Of a stretch of 64,000 nucleotides of DNA, positions 1 through 12,507 are shown piece after piece. The stretch is from NCBI GenBank assembly GCA_047495785.1, contig JBLDXI010000003.1:3596001-3660000 (forward strand), read 5' to 3'. Both the position numbers and the translations under genes were made by a program. The notes under the pieces were generated by a model. The model saw nothing but the letters and a program-made list of their open reading frames with translations, ran no database searches and was not told the origin of the DNA. The stretch is from Lepidodermella squamata. Its lineage: Eukaryota; Animalia; Gastrotricha. Each line of letters begins with the position of its first letter. Positions within the stretch are counted from its first letter, which is position 1.

Positions 1-193
1 ATCAAAAGACCAGACCAAATGTGACCAGAATCGCGTGCCCCAAATGAATTTCTCAGAAATTGGTAGTGCTTGCAATTATTCCTACTATTTTCTCCGTTTC
101 GAAACAAAAAATACAACTGATAACATCACTTCAATGGCGAAATCAGTAAAAGTATTGAGTTAAATAAATCACCGGCATGCGTTCGCTACCCAC

Positions 194-1688
194 ATGGAAT
201 CGATGTTAACTCGAAGCATCAACTGTGACGTGGCTTTTGCTGTCCAGGGCCAAGTCATTCAGGCCCATCGTTTGATCCTGGCTAGTCAATCGCCTGTATT
301 CCAGCTGATGTTGATGAATGAAAATTTCTGCGAAGCACGATCGACGATCAACAATCCCATCAACTTACCTGGCAAGACAGCTCCAGCTTTTAAAGCCTTC
401 CTGTACTATTTTTACACTGGATGTGTTTCCTTCGACAATCTGTCACCAGCAGAGAGCGTTGAAATTCTAAAGATAGCCCACGAATATCAAATGGACGCTT
501 TGGTAGCCGAGTTGATTGACGCTTTCTCGGTTTGAATCCCATTCCAACTTTAGAAGGAAATGTTTTCGCATTTTTTTTTAGGAAAATGTGTGCCGTGAAT
601 TGTTTTACGACCTTTTATTGGCAGCATTGTTCTTGGGCGAGGCTAAACTTCTGAAGGCATGCACAGCCGTTGCTTGTACGAACGCTTCGAAAATCCTGAA
701 AGACCGCAACTTCAAACGATTATCTGAACAAGCCCTAATCTATCTATTCGATTTGGATGACCTTGGGGTGTCGGAACTGGAAGTTTTGATGGCAGTGAAA
801 TATTGGCACGAAGCCAATCCTAAGGTCAATCTGTCGAAAATCATAGAAAAGGTTCGGCTGGAATTCGTCGTTATTCCTCCTAATGGAATTTCTTTCGCCG
901 AAATGGGCGCCCTATACAAAATGCTCGGCGACTATGGAATTGATTTCAGCACGTTGGGAAAGGCACCGAGTCAAGCCAATGGCAGGAAACCTCGAACCCT
1001 AGCATTAGCCAAAAGCAATATGGCAACTGTGGAAAAAGGCGCAACCGTTATCAGCAATGATTTCCAAGACGCTATTTCTATACTGTTGAAACCAAACCCG
1101 GCTGATGCAAGTAATTATCCCCGGCACTATCTGTATGATTACGCTCCACCGGTTAGTTGGATGATCAAATCGAACGGGTCGATTACTGTTCAACTAGCTG
1201 AACCTTACGCTGTCGATTCGCTGCGATTCACACTTATTGGCAACGATGGGTTTGGCGAACCTGAATATAAGATTGAAACTTCGCTTGATGGTAAAGTATG
1301 GATGAGAATGGGTTACAGCCTGCCAACGCAACGAAGCGGACGTCAGCTGGTCGTTTTCAAACCTCGAAATGTCAAGTTAGGTAAATGTCAAATTAGCCTC
1401 AAATTTAGAGCTGGAACCCTAAATCTAGGGTTCTACCAGCCTCACCCATTTTATTTGGATCATTGCCTAACATTTTTCGTATTATATCACACAGTCAGAA
1501 TCGCGATTTTCTTCGACGTGAATCATGGTAACGTATGGCTATCCGAATTTGAATGTCCAGCGGCGATCCGAAACAAGCAGCTGGTCGAAAACTGTCTAAG
1601 AATGGCTCCTGACGCTGCATTCCGGCTCGAAGAAGATGATGCTAATAAAGCATTCGAAAGACTTCTCCCTGATAGATCCAGTCATTAA
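194..1688 (+). CDS. BTBD9-like BTB/POZ-BACK-discoidin(F5/8C) protein, copy 1; exons 194-529, 582-1380, 1495-1688
   Basis: BTB motif (CDVAFAV..IQAHRLILASQSPVF..AFKAFLYYFYTG), BACK-like region, NMATVEKGATV and YKIETSLDGKVW discoidin-like segments. GT-AG introns 530-581 and 1381-1494 keep frame. The upstream paralogous ATG at 134 is followed by an in-frame TAA at 161-163. Confidence 0.8.
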
Positions 1689-1917
1689 TGGTTCAAAAAA
1701 AGAGATGTTTAAAACTACTAACCTTATTCAAACTTGGTGTTATTCAGTGAATAAAATTGATAAGACTGAATTTTCGAAAATTTTATTTTATTGAAAGACA
1801 CGATTTTTGCAAGAGTGGCGCCTTTTTTGGGACTCGAGTCGCTGATACCTTTTAGAAAATCAAGTGGGCTATCAGTTTTGTCGACTCGTTTTAAAAAGTT
1901 TTCCATTTCCCAGGGTA

Positions 1918-2507
1918 CAGTGTGATTCAGAAAGGGCGCCCGAGCGCATCATAAACAGGCACGTGTTTGACACGGCCGTAGAAAAAATTGGATCGGATTC
2001 ATCAGTTTTTCCAGTTTTTGTGATGCATGAACGAGTGTTATTATCGTTCATTTTGGAGTCTGAAACAACACGACAGATCACGACAGATCACGACAGACAG
2101 CAAAAAAGCTTGCTGTAATCAATCAAATTTCGGTCCTATTATAAGCTGTTTTCAGATTTTTCACAGCTTTTTCAGTGATTTTAAGGACAGCAAGCACTGC
2201 TCCCATGCATTCACTTATTTGTTAACGACAGTTTTAGCTTTTTAGATTTATAGTCCGGATTTAATTATTAATTTCCCAAGGTAGTTTTTCGGAATTTCAA
2301 AATGCGAAGCTTCCGCACGGAATCTACCTATTCTTGTCAGTCGCCATTGAATCATAGTCTTATCTGTTGTTTTAGATTTATCAATTCTTGGCTATTATTA
2401 TTTTTTTGCGAAAGTTTTTTTCGAGTCGGCACGCGCGGACTTGAAAAATATTTTTGGGGAAAAAAAAGAAGGAAAAAATGCTAATCGTGGCTTTCTGAAT
2501 CCCACTG
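1918..2507. mobile_element. Tc1/mariner-type MITE (~590 bp)
   Basis: TIRs CAGTGTGATTCAGAAAG (1918) and CTTTCTGAATCCCACTG (ends 2507), 1 mismatch, with TA on both flanks. No coding capacity. Internal (CACGACAGAT)x3. Confidence 0.7.
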
Positions 2508-3522
2508 TACAACTCTAAATTCGTCTGAGTTTTTTATTTCGGGATTTGTACCGTAAAAGTACCGTAAAAGTGCCGCAGGAATCGGCTATTTTATCATGAT
2601 ATAATATAACTACTCGCTGTTTTTTTTCAAATTTCAGGTAAAATTTGTTTAAATTCCGAAAACAGCTTGAAACTTGCAGCAATATCATGAATCACCATGC
2701 CCACCTTAACTTCAATTTCCGAATCATCGTTTAACCATAGGTTGATTTTAACCTTTGAAAAACATTATTGGCTGTCAGAAAGGATTTACGATCGCTTGCT
2801 CTTTAGTCTTTAGTCTCGAATCATTTTTACCAGTAGCACGTATACTCTTTTACCGCCAACGATGATAACCATGCCGGTAAATATATGTTTCTTTACCAAC
2901 ACTTTTGCTAGCTGATGATCATTGATCATTGTTATTTAATCAATAAGCGGTGGGGAGCTGGCGATGCATGGCAATACAATTTCGCGGGCAACGTAGGAAA
3001 CATTTTCACCACCACTTTATGTGTAAGACGGTGAAAGACAAAAAATGCAGTGTATACTTTGACTTTTGTTTTCATTAAGCACCTAATTTGTCTGGCGGTA
3101 AGTTAATGCAGTTCTTCAACTTGGTTACTGGGCGGAAAAGTTACCGCCGGACTTGGGATCCGAAAATATCGTTAGCGTCGTTGAAGAATTCGGACCTTGG
3201 CTTGTTAGCTAAAAAATTCCGGAATAGAGAGTTAAAGAACTTGAACATTGAACAAGACCAAGCCCATAGAGCTAGTTTTGAGAGTTCGGGAATCGGGAAA
3301 AGAAAAGTCACTTGATTTGTTTACTTTGCCTGCAAGTCAATGCTGATTCACATCAACATCAATCTGGCGTTTACAGTCTTAGTCAGGGGCAGGACCTCGA
3401 TGACCAAGCCAAATGCGACCATCAGCATCGCGTGCCCTAATTCCTCAGCAGAAAGTGGAGCTGCTTGAAATTATTCCAATTTTTTTCCATTTTAAGACAA
3501 AATTGTATCTGATAAATTTGCA

Positions 3523-5329
3523 ATGGCGAATGCAGTCAAAGCTTTGGGCGCGATAAATCTCCGGCAAGCGTTTGCACACCACATGGAATCAATGTTCACT
3601 CGAAGCATCAACTGTGACGTAGCTTTTGCTGTCCAGGGCGAAGTCATTCAGGCCCATCGTTTGATCCTGGCTAGTCAGTCTCCCGTTTTCCAGCTGATGT
3701 TGATGAATGAAAATTTCTGCGAAGCTCGATCTACAATCGATAAGCCGATCAACTTGCCTGGCAAGACAGCCCCAGCCTTTAAAGCCTTCCTCTATTATTT
3801 TTACACTGGATTCGTTTTATTCGACAATCTATCGCCAACCGAGAGCGTGGAGATTCTCAAAATAGCCCACGAATATCAAATGGACGATTTGTTTGCCGAG
3901 ATGATTCAAGTTTTCTCGGTATGAATTCCATTCCAACTTTGGAGAAATATTTCCTCAATTTCTTTCAGAGAAATGTTTGCACTGAATTATTTTACGACCT
4001 TTTATTGGCAGCATTGTTCTTTGGCGAGGCTAAACTTCTGAAGGCATGCAAAGCCGTTGCCTGTAAGAACGCTGCAAAACTATTCAAAGACTGCAACTTC
4101 AAACGATTATCTGAACAAGCCCTCATCTACCTGTTCGATTTGGACGAACTCGGCATGTCGGAGCTGGAAGTTTTGATGGCGCTGAAATCTTGGCACGAAG
4201 CCAATCCTAAGGTCAATCTGTCGAATATTATCGAAAAAGTTCGGCTGGAGTTCGTCGCTATTCCTCCCAATGGCATTTCTTTCGCCGAAATTGGTCCCCT
4301 ATGCGAAATGCTCGGCGACTATGGAATTGATTTCAGCACGTTAGGAAAGGAATCGATCCATGACAGTGGCAGGAAACCTCGAACCCTAGCATTAGCCAAA
4401 AGCAATGTGGCAACTGTTGAAAAGGGTGCTACTGTTACCAGCGATGATTTCCGAGACGCTATTTCAATACTGTGGAGATATAATCCGGCTGATGCTCACA
4501 TGCGCTATATGTTAAATAATTGCGGTCCACCTGCTAGCTTCATGATTAAATCGAACGGGTCGATTACTGTTCAACTAGCCGAGCCCTGCGCCGTCGATTC
4601 GCTGCGATTCAATCTTGGCATAGAAGCGGATGACGACCCTGAGTTCATGATTGAAACGTCGCTAGATGGCAAAGTTTGGATGAGAATAGGGTACAGTCCG
4701 CCAACGCGACTACTCGGACGTCAGCTGGTCGTTTTCAAACCTCGAAATGTCAAATTTGGTAAGGTCCAGGACTAAATTTTTCCGACTCTTTAGCGCTTTC
4801 GGAAATTTATTTTGTGATCGATACTGATGCCCCGCGACCCTGGGAGTTTTTATTTTAGCTACCTGATACCATCAGCTAGGTAAAATTATTTTTACTGTCC
4901 TTTAGCTGGACTACTTACTGGCAAAATAACTGATTTGTAAAATCGATAATTGGAATCAATACTTGTTGAGGCTTAACTGACCCCTCATAGCCCAAATTTA
5001 CCCTTAATTGTTGGCATGATAAGTACCGTATTTAGGGGAACCCTAATGCTGGAACCATAAATCTAGGGTGTCTATACTTTGCGCACCAATTTCATTTGGA
5101 TCATTGCCTTCATTTTTTGTGTTTATATCACTCAGTCAGAATCGCGATTTTCTTCGACTTGAGCCAGGGTGACCTTTGGCTTTCCCAATTTGAATGTCCA
5201 GCGGCGATCCGAGACAAGCAGCCTGTCGAAAGCTGTCTCAGAATGGCTCCTGACGCTGCCTTTCGACTCGAAGGAAATAGTGATTATAAAGTGTTCGAGA
5301 GACTTCTCGCAGAAAGATTCAGTCATTAA
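3523..5329 (+). CDS. BTBD9-like BTB/POZ-BACK-discoidin protein, copy 2; exons 3523-3918, 3969-4758, 5136-5329
   Basis: Tandem paralog of 194-1688 with the same intron positions and phases. Intron 2 is larger (377 vs 114 nt). Confidence 0.85.
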
Positions 5330-5503
5330 CGTAAAATCAGTCGTTTAAAACTCTTATCGTTATTCAACCTTGGTGCTTCGTGTTTTTCGATGAATAAAAT
5401 TGATAAAAATTGATTTTCGAAACTTTAATTTTATTTGCACTAGTCGCGGAGGTAAAGATAACTCTGAGATTATTATTTTCTTCAATAATTAAGTGTTCAT
5501 AAT

Positions 5504-6302
5504 TCATAATAAAGCACATCTTTTGCGCTTCTTGATAAGATGGTGATGGCTTGAATCGGCATATTTCTTAAAAACAGCCCGAACTGCAGCGGTGAAAACA
5601 TCAGCAACGCCTTCCCGCGTTTTCGCCGAACATTCAACAAATCTATCGGAGTTGAAAATAGCCACCAAACAATTAAAAAATCAGAAAACTCACTCAAAAG
5701 CGTTGATCTCTTCGGCCAGTTGTTTGCCCTCATCATCGTCCAGACATGTAATCTTGGGCTTGGACAGGCTGGCCTTTTGCTTGTTTTCCTCATCGCGAAG
5801 GTCCTTCTTGTTACCGACCAAAAGAATTGGAACATCGCCGCAAAAATGCTTCACCTCAGGTAGCCAGTGCGCTTTTATATTAGCGTACGAATCTAAACAG
5901 GCGCGAATTTAAAAAAAATTCAAAAAATTGAGAAAATATTGCCTCGATTCGCAACTGAATAGCACATGACTACGACGTCGGTATCTGGGTAGGATATTGG
6001 CCGGAGTCGGTCATATTCTTCCTGTCCAGCTGTATCCCACAATGAGAGTTCGATCTAGAAAATGTCGATAAATCTAGTGATTGGAAATTTATTTTCGAAC
6101 TTACAAGCTGACCATTTTCTGCCGCCATGTCGGTTACGTAAGTTTCGAAAACAGTTGGAACGTATTGTTCGTAGAATTGATCGCGGGTGAATGCGAACAG
6201 CAGGCTGGTTTTGCCGCATTCGCCATCACCAACCACGACTAGTTTCGCCTTTTTCTTATTTATCGCGTTCATCCGATCGAGAAAGCTATTTGGCCTCAAC
6301 AT
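5504..6302 (-). CDS. Rho-family small GTPase (RhoA-like), 4 exons; start 6302 or 6272
   Basis: [14 protein letters not shown]-loop, YVPTVFE switch [16 protein letters not shown] switch [16 protein letters not shown], and a polybasic tail with CAAX (KKRKRCALL*) after splicing short GT-AG introns. Confidence 0.92.
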
Positions 6303-6561
6303 AATATTCTCCGAAAATTCAACGCGAAGATTTTAGCAATGACTCATCGTCATGAAAAAGCGTGATGGTATTGACTCATGACGGAAAGTCACGACATTGC
6401 TGACTTATTAGACCTCAAATTAGCCGTTGACGAATGAGGCCGTGAGAAGCTTCGCCACTCGGGACACAAAGACTCGGCAAATAATCATCGCGCATTCCGA
6501 ATTTTAATTGAAACATGTCAATCATTGTATCAAAAAATCATTGTTAACAACAAATCAGCGG

Positions 6562-9500
6562 TCAAATAATATTAATGGTGAAAAACATCTTTAACAAAAA
6601 TGATGAAAAAATTATTAGGTTAAAAATAGCATAGCAACAGTTCGATTTCGGCGCGAAAGAAGTTGCACTCATCAGACGAATATTTCGACGGCTATCAGTA
6701 AAGTCTAATTCAACGTCGATTTTCTGATTTGAACGCCTCGGCGGTTCGTTCGTTTCAGCATCGATTGCCAGCATAGCCGTGAATTCGCATAGAACACCGG
6801 TTGACTTTGAGATCAAGATAGCATCTTCACGGACAGCCTCACTTCGGCTTACTCGGTATTTGTCCTCTAATTCCGTTAATTTCCGCTTAGCAGCTAACCG
6901 ATGAAGCGGTAGAGTGTCATTTTCCGCTAGAAAATTGCGATAAAATGCGATAAAAAAGTTCGCAGAAAATTGAGAAAAATACCTGAAAATGCATTTCCTT
7001 CAACAACAAACTGCAATTTGCATCCGTCGCAATTTTTCAAATTAGCCGCCGAAAAAAATGAAGAGCCTGATATGCGCTGTCCTCGGAACCGTTCAAGAAC
7101 TGCGAATTGAAGCAACGGAACGTCTAAAAATTAATAAACTAGTTCAACAATTTATTGAAAATTTTTAATAAATTTTTAAATGATTTTTTTATTATCAAAT
7201 TTTAAATTTAATTTTAAATTTTTCAATTCGATTTCAAATTTCAGAAATTTTCAATTTAATTATTTAATTATTATTAAGGCGACTTGAAAGGGATTATTTT
7301 TGAGCGTGAAAGACTGGCCTCTCGTTTGCGAAAGACAACTAGTGATCCCGATGAAATTGTGCGAATCAATACGGCATTCAACGGGAAGAGACACGTCTTT
7401 AAACGTGTCAAATGGTCACATCACAATCACGGCCGCATTATTCCATCTAGCAACAAAGGTCGCAAGTGTAAAACTCGCCCAATCGACAGGATGCCGATCG
7501 CCTTCACTAATGAAGAGCTTCCACCTCAAAACTCGCCCATTTCTCGAAGCCAAAGCTTGAAAAAGTTTGTATGAAATTGCTCTCCGTCGACGAACCTCTG
7601 ATCCCTTTATGCCGCGATCTCGAGTCGGAGATGCAGGACTGCCTGGATAAACTGGACGTTCAGGCCGATCCGGATTCCGAGAAGCCTTTGACAGCAAAAG
7701 AAGCGCGATCTATTCTTCGGGATCGTGCTTTCGAGAGTTGGTGCGAATTGCCTGAAAAAGGGCAAGGTGTAAGTCAGTTCGCTGACTTTCCGGCTGGAAA
7801 CGACTGGATCTCAAACAAAACTGGACTATCAACTTCGGAATGGACAACGGCCATCAAATTCTCGACGAACTGTGCCGACGTTGCAGCAGCTCATGGTGGA
7901 AACAAGCCCCTCATCACTACCCGGTGTCGCTACGGTGATGCCGAGAAAGAAACCCTCGCTCATGTGTTAGGCGCTTGTAAGCACAATAGCTTCCTCATCA
8001 ACAAACGACATAACACTGTCCGCAGAATGATTGCTAATGCATTCAGAAGTCAGGGACACCGGGTATATGAAGAAGGCCACTGCGTAGCCGGTCCTGGACG
8101 AAACCATCGTTTTGACATTCTCGTCATTAAAGGAAAAAAAGGCCTGGTTATCGATCCGACAATCCGTTTTGAAGGACGTAGCGATCAATTTGAGATTGTT
8201 GACGCTGAGAAGAAATCGATATACGAACCATGTGCAAATGACATATGCGAGCAATGGAAGCTTGACGAGGTCACCGTACAAGGTCTTTACCTAGGTAGCC
8301 GAGGAACCATTACGAAGCAAACTACAAAACTATTTAAGGAATGGCAACTACCCAAACAGCTACTAACCGATATAACAAAATCGATCTTAAAGGACTCGAT
8401 CCACATATGCTTCAATCATAAAAAACAAAAATAATATCTTATAATCACTGTGTCGCAAGGCAACCTAATTATCTGTTAAATTAGGCAGTCCACATTTTTT
8501 CAATAAATGTTTATCTCTCAAAAAAATTAAATGAAATTTGTTTTTTTTCCAACGTACCGACTGAAATTCTTGGCAAATTTTTCGGAATCAGCTCTTTAAC
8601 TGACCCACCGGCTGAGATTGACCATTCTAGCGAAGCATTAGCCAAAGATGGCTGAGTCATGGCCTTCAGCATCGTCATCACCTTCGCCTCAAGCCGGTCG
8701 TTGTCACTCCTAACAAACGCCGATAGCCCACCCGTCGCCCGCGCAACCCCATTCACCAGGTCCGTACTCGCCCCTTCGCCGATCCCAATCGCAAAAACTC
8801 GGGTATCGTGTGCATGTTTCGTGGCTAAAGCGATAACTTCATTAGTATTGCTGACTTCACCATCAGTTAGAAGCAAAATGAACCGCTCGAAATGATCGAC
8901 AGATTTAGGCTGGGTGTAAACAAACTTCAACGGCTGTAAAATTTCAGTACCACCCAGGTCGGCACTTATCCCTTCCAGGTAACTCAAGGCCAATCGCGAT
9001 TTCGCCCGATCGAGGGTAACAACAGCCGGGAATAGGGTGACATATTCTGAGCCGAATCCGATTATATTAAATTTACAACCATATGGTAGCTTCGAGACCA
9101 AAAGACTCAACGCATTTCTCGCATGTTGAATTCGATTTCCCATATCCATCGAACCTGATCGATCGATAATTAGCCAAAACTCAAATTTAGCTGGTTCGAT
9201 AGCGAGAGACGTTTGATTAGTCGGAATAATCCAAGAAGCTGCAATGTCTTCACTTAGCCACGAATTCCGAAAATCGACAGATGCCGGCTCGACATAAACC
9301 ATGGGTTCGAAAATTTTCTCAGGTTTGATTAGAATTTGAAAATCATGTTGGCCGTCGAAGTTACTGGCCAGTTTGACCTTGGCAATAGTTTCACCGTTTA
9401 AATAGGAAATTTCGAGCTCATCGGCGTCATTTCTCGGCCATATCGACTCGATTCGTCGATCTAAACCGAGATTGACAGTTAGCTGGAATTGAAATGAATA

Positions 9501-10159
9501 ATCCTGGATTGAAACTGCTATATAAGTATCGTCGCCAGGAAATTTCGTCCTCATAACTTCTTGATCGAGAAGTTCATGATGTGGCACATAACGAGGGTTA
9601 AGTACAATAGGTAGGGTGAGTGATAAAATGCCGTCGTCCAGCATTGGATCGAGGGGTTGAACGTAGCCGATTGTTATAAGAGCGACTCCATAAGGTGGTA
9701 AATTTCCAAGGAGCAGGCGGAAAATGTCACTGGAACCCGATTTATTCTCCAGATAAACTGCCTTCTTGCCCTCTGAAACAGCTTTGTCATATTTCTTCCG
9801 TGCCTTGAAAAAAATCAATTATTTTAATTTTAAGATGGAATTTTTCAAATTACCTCATTTCGCTCTTCAACTTTTGCGACTAGTTTTCGGTCGCCTATCA
9901 CAGCTTCAAGGTGGTAAACTGCGGCTTCACTCGATAAAGGAAAGACAAATTGACACTCGAGATTCTCGCCAACCGAGCTTTCGTACTTCAAAGTCGCTAA
10001 AATTCCAACACTTAAGCCTCTAACTTCAGCCTGAATTGAGACGGCCGCGACAGGGACTGAATTCGATTTAGCCGCCGATTCCGAGTAGAAAACCACACCA
10101 GCGAATTCATAGGACGAAACGCTGCAGATTAGGAGGAATAAAGACAAAGGTAGAAGCAT
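6562..10159 (-). CDS. VIT + vWA domain protein (VWA5A-like) with signal peptide and C-terminal hydrophobic tail; exons 10159-9854, 9803-8558, 7123-6983, 6926-6562
   Basis: VIT (LECQFVFPL..AVYHLEAVIGDRKLVAKVEER), vWA MIDAS DRSGSM and LLTDGEV, VWA5A-type C-terminal LHRLAAK..ISKSTGVLCEFTAMLAID. All junctions GT-AG and in phase. Confidence 0.85.
7280..8526 (+). mobile_element. 5'-truncated or internally deleted RLE-class non-LTR retrotransposon (R2/NeSL/R4-like) in intron 2 of the vWA gene, antisense to the host
   Basis: ORF 7571-8434 has a CR...ETLAHVLGAC knuckle, RHN motif and DILV..IDPTIRFE..EKKSIY restriction-like endonuclease. The 3' UTR has a hairpin (CCTAATT..AATTAGG), AATAAA and a short A tract. 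No RT core seen; 5' boundary approximate. Confidence 0.8.
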
Positions 10160-11122
10160 AATAATACCTATTTAAAGAGAAAAAAGTTGGGTATAACATC
10201 TGATAATCCTAGGGCTATATTATAACGCAACGCATTCGAGAGCTACAGCAGGAAGAATACAAAATACCACAGCCATAATGTTAGACTATAGAAAATGCGT
10301 ATTATAATAATAGGCCGATGCGTATTTTATTTATGCGGTATTTTGCACTATTCAATGAATGATGCGAGAGAGTTTTTTATTACACGCCTCGAGCGTTGCG
10401 ATTGAGTTTGCGATTTATAACACAACCTCAAAGTTAGAGTTTACATCAGCGTTACATGGCTCATTTCCAAGAAATAATGAAACACCTGATGTCTGCTGTC
10501 GCCTGTCAATTTTATTATTTTTGTTTTCGTCGCTCGCATCATCGATAATACCTAAACACAAATTGTAGGGCAAGCGCACTACTGTTATTTATAACATCGT
10601 AATTAGATGATGATGATAATGTGGTGTCATGTATGTTTGTTGCTTTTATCGGGAAGAGGAAGCTCGTGCAGACAACATGTAGTGCAAATGTGGTATGCAC
10701 TCTATATCGAAAATCGTTGCGGTTTTGCCGCTCTAATGACTCACGTCGATTTCATTATTCGTCACTCTCCCACACACGCCGGCTTTATTTATAGCAGGGA
10801 TAGGTGATTGACGGACGGATGTTTCTTCAAATCGTTTGAAGATTTGTCTTTAAAAGAAATTGTCAAGTTGAAGCATCAGCAGAACAATTTGAAGCTTCAC
10901 TATTCGAATGAAAATGAAGTGAATTTTCTGAAACAGAAATGAGTGAATAAATGAGAAATTGTTTACGTTGAAGTTATGGTTTTTTCGGACACGAGGTTAA
11001 ACGGAAAAATATTGGAAAAAAATAACAAGCACGTGCTGTTTTGAATTGATCAGAAGCGATCGCGAGCCACCCTGATGCGGTTGCTTTGCCACGTAACAGG
11101 TGAAAATCATGGCTAGGCACGG

Positions 11123-11160
11123 TATAAAAACCCGGCTGAAACTTATCGAAATCATCATTC
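11123..11160 (+). promoter_or_regulatory. TATA box + initiator-like element of cationic protein gene A
   Basis: TATAAAAA at 11123 with TCATTC ~30 nt downstream, ~50 nt before ATG 11206. Confidence 0.55.
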
Positions 11161-11205
11161 CAGCTTTGTTTCTCTATTTTTATTATTTATTCATTTTCAT
11201 TGAAA

Positions 11206-12339
11206 ATGCGTTTCGCTCTCGTAGCAGCAGTTGTTGCTCTTTTCTGCGTCGGTAAGAATTTTTCGATAATCGCGGTTTCAGATTTCATTTTTTGCTTTTT
11301 TTCAGTCGCCACTTCGGCCAACGATGCGTCCGCCTCTGTGAACAAGAAGAGCGCCTCCGCCTCGGCTGGTGTCGACAAGGCTCACCATGGCAATCTGTAC
11401 TCTGGCAAGCACGGTCGCGGTTTTGGCTTCCACGGCCGCCGTCGCGCTGGAAACCACGCCTCTGCCTCAGTCAACAAGAACTCCGCCTCCGCCTCGGCTG
11501 GCTCCAACGGCAAGCGCGGATTCTTCGGTCGCCGTCGTCGCGGCAACTTCGCCTCTGCCTCGGTTAACAAGCGTTCTGCCTCCGCCTCGGCTGGCAATGG
11601 CCGTCGTGGCGGTCGCTTCTTCGGACACAAGGGTCGTCGTGGTGGCAACTTCGCCTCGGCTTCAGTCAACAAGAACTCCGCCTCCGCCTCGGCTGGCTCC
11701 AACAAGGGCCGCTTCGGTCGTCGCCACCACGCTGGTCGCTACTTCGGCCACGGTCGCCGCCGTGGAGGAAACTTCGCCTCTGCCTCGGTCAACAAGCGCT
11801 CCGCCTCGGCTGCTGCTGGCAACTTCCGCGGCCGTCGTGGTCATGGCAACTTCTTCGGCCGTCGTCACGGTGGTCGTCGTGGTGGCAACTTTGCTTCCGC
11901 CTCCGTCAACAAGCGTTCTGCCTCTGCTGCCGCTGGCAACTTCCGCGGCCGTCGTGGTCACGGATTCTTCGGACGCCGTCATGGCGGTCGTCGCGGTGGT
12001 AACGTCGCCTCGGCTTCGGTCAACAAGCGCTCTGCTTCAGCTGCTGCCGGTAACTTCCGTGGCCGTCGTGGCCATTTCGGTCTTCATGGCCGTCGTCGCG
12101 GTGGAAACTTCGCCTCAGCCTCCGTCAACAAGCGCTCCGCCTCGGCCGCTGCTGGCAACTTCGGCAAGCGCCGTGGATTCAAGCACGGTCGCCGCGGATT
12201 CCATGGCAAGGGCAAGCACGGTCGCCGCTTCGGCCATCATGGTCGCCGTGGTTCCCGCTCTTCCCGTTCCTCCCGCTCATCGGGCTCATCCCGCTCGTCT
12301 CGCTCGTCTCGCTCGTCCAAGGGCCGTCGCCACCATTAA
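11206..12339 (+). CDS. Secreted cationic repeat protein A (~359 aa); 8 x ASASVNKxSASAxAG modules with G/R/H/F spacers and an SRS tail; exons 11206-11251, 11306-12339
   Basis: Signal peptide MRFALVAAVVALFCVVATSA after a 54-nt phase-1 intron; strong codon bias; no Cys in the mature region. Confidence 0.85.
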   Translation: MRFALVAAVVALFCVGKNFSIIAVSDFIFCFFSVATSANDASASVNKKSASASAGVDKAHHGNLYSGKHGRGFGFHGRRRAGNHASASVNKNSASASAGSNGKRGFFGRRRRGNFASASVNKRSASASAGNGRRGGRFFGHKGRRGGNFASASVNKNSASASAGSNKGRFGRRHHAGRYFGHGRRRGGNFASASVNKRSASAAAGNFRGRRGHGNFFGRRHGGRRGGNFASASVNKRSASAAAGNFRGRRGHGFFGRRHGGRRGGNVASASVNKRSASAAAGNFRGRRGHFGLHGRRRGGNFASASVNKRSASAAAGNFGKRRGFKHGRRGFHGKGKHGRRFGHHGRRGSRSSRSSRSSGSSRSSRSSRSSKGRRHH

Positions 12340-12507
12340 ATAATTATACGAAACATGAGTCTATGAGAGATAATAGTTGTGAAATTCAATTTTTGCTGAC
12401 TTGCGCTCAGGTCATATATTTTTTTCTCGATCGTGAAAATCGAAAGATCTACTCGCTAAAAGTTAAAATCCTGTTTCCTGTTTATTCTTAGAATTATTGA
12501 TCTCAAA

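Noticed and set aside
7274-7279. TTAAGG at the retroelement 5' flank resembling the R2 28S rDNA target
   Set aside because: No TAGCC on the 3' side and no rDNA context; a 6-mer in AT-rich sequence is expected by chance.
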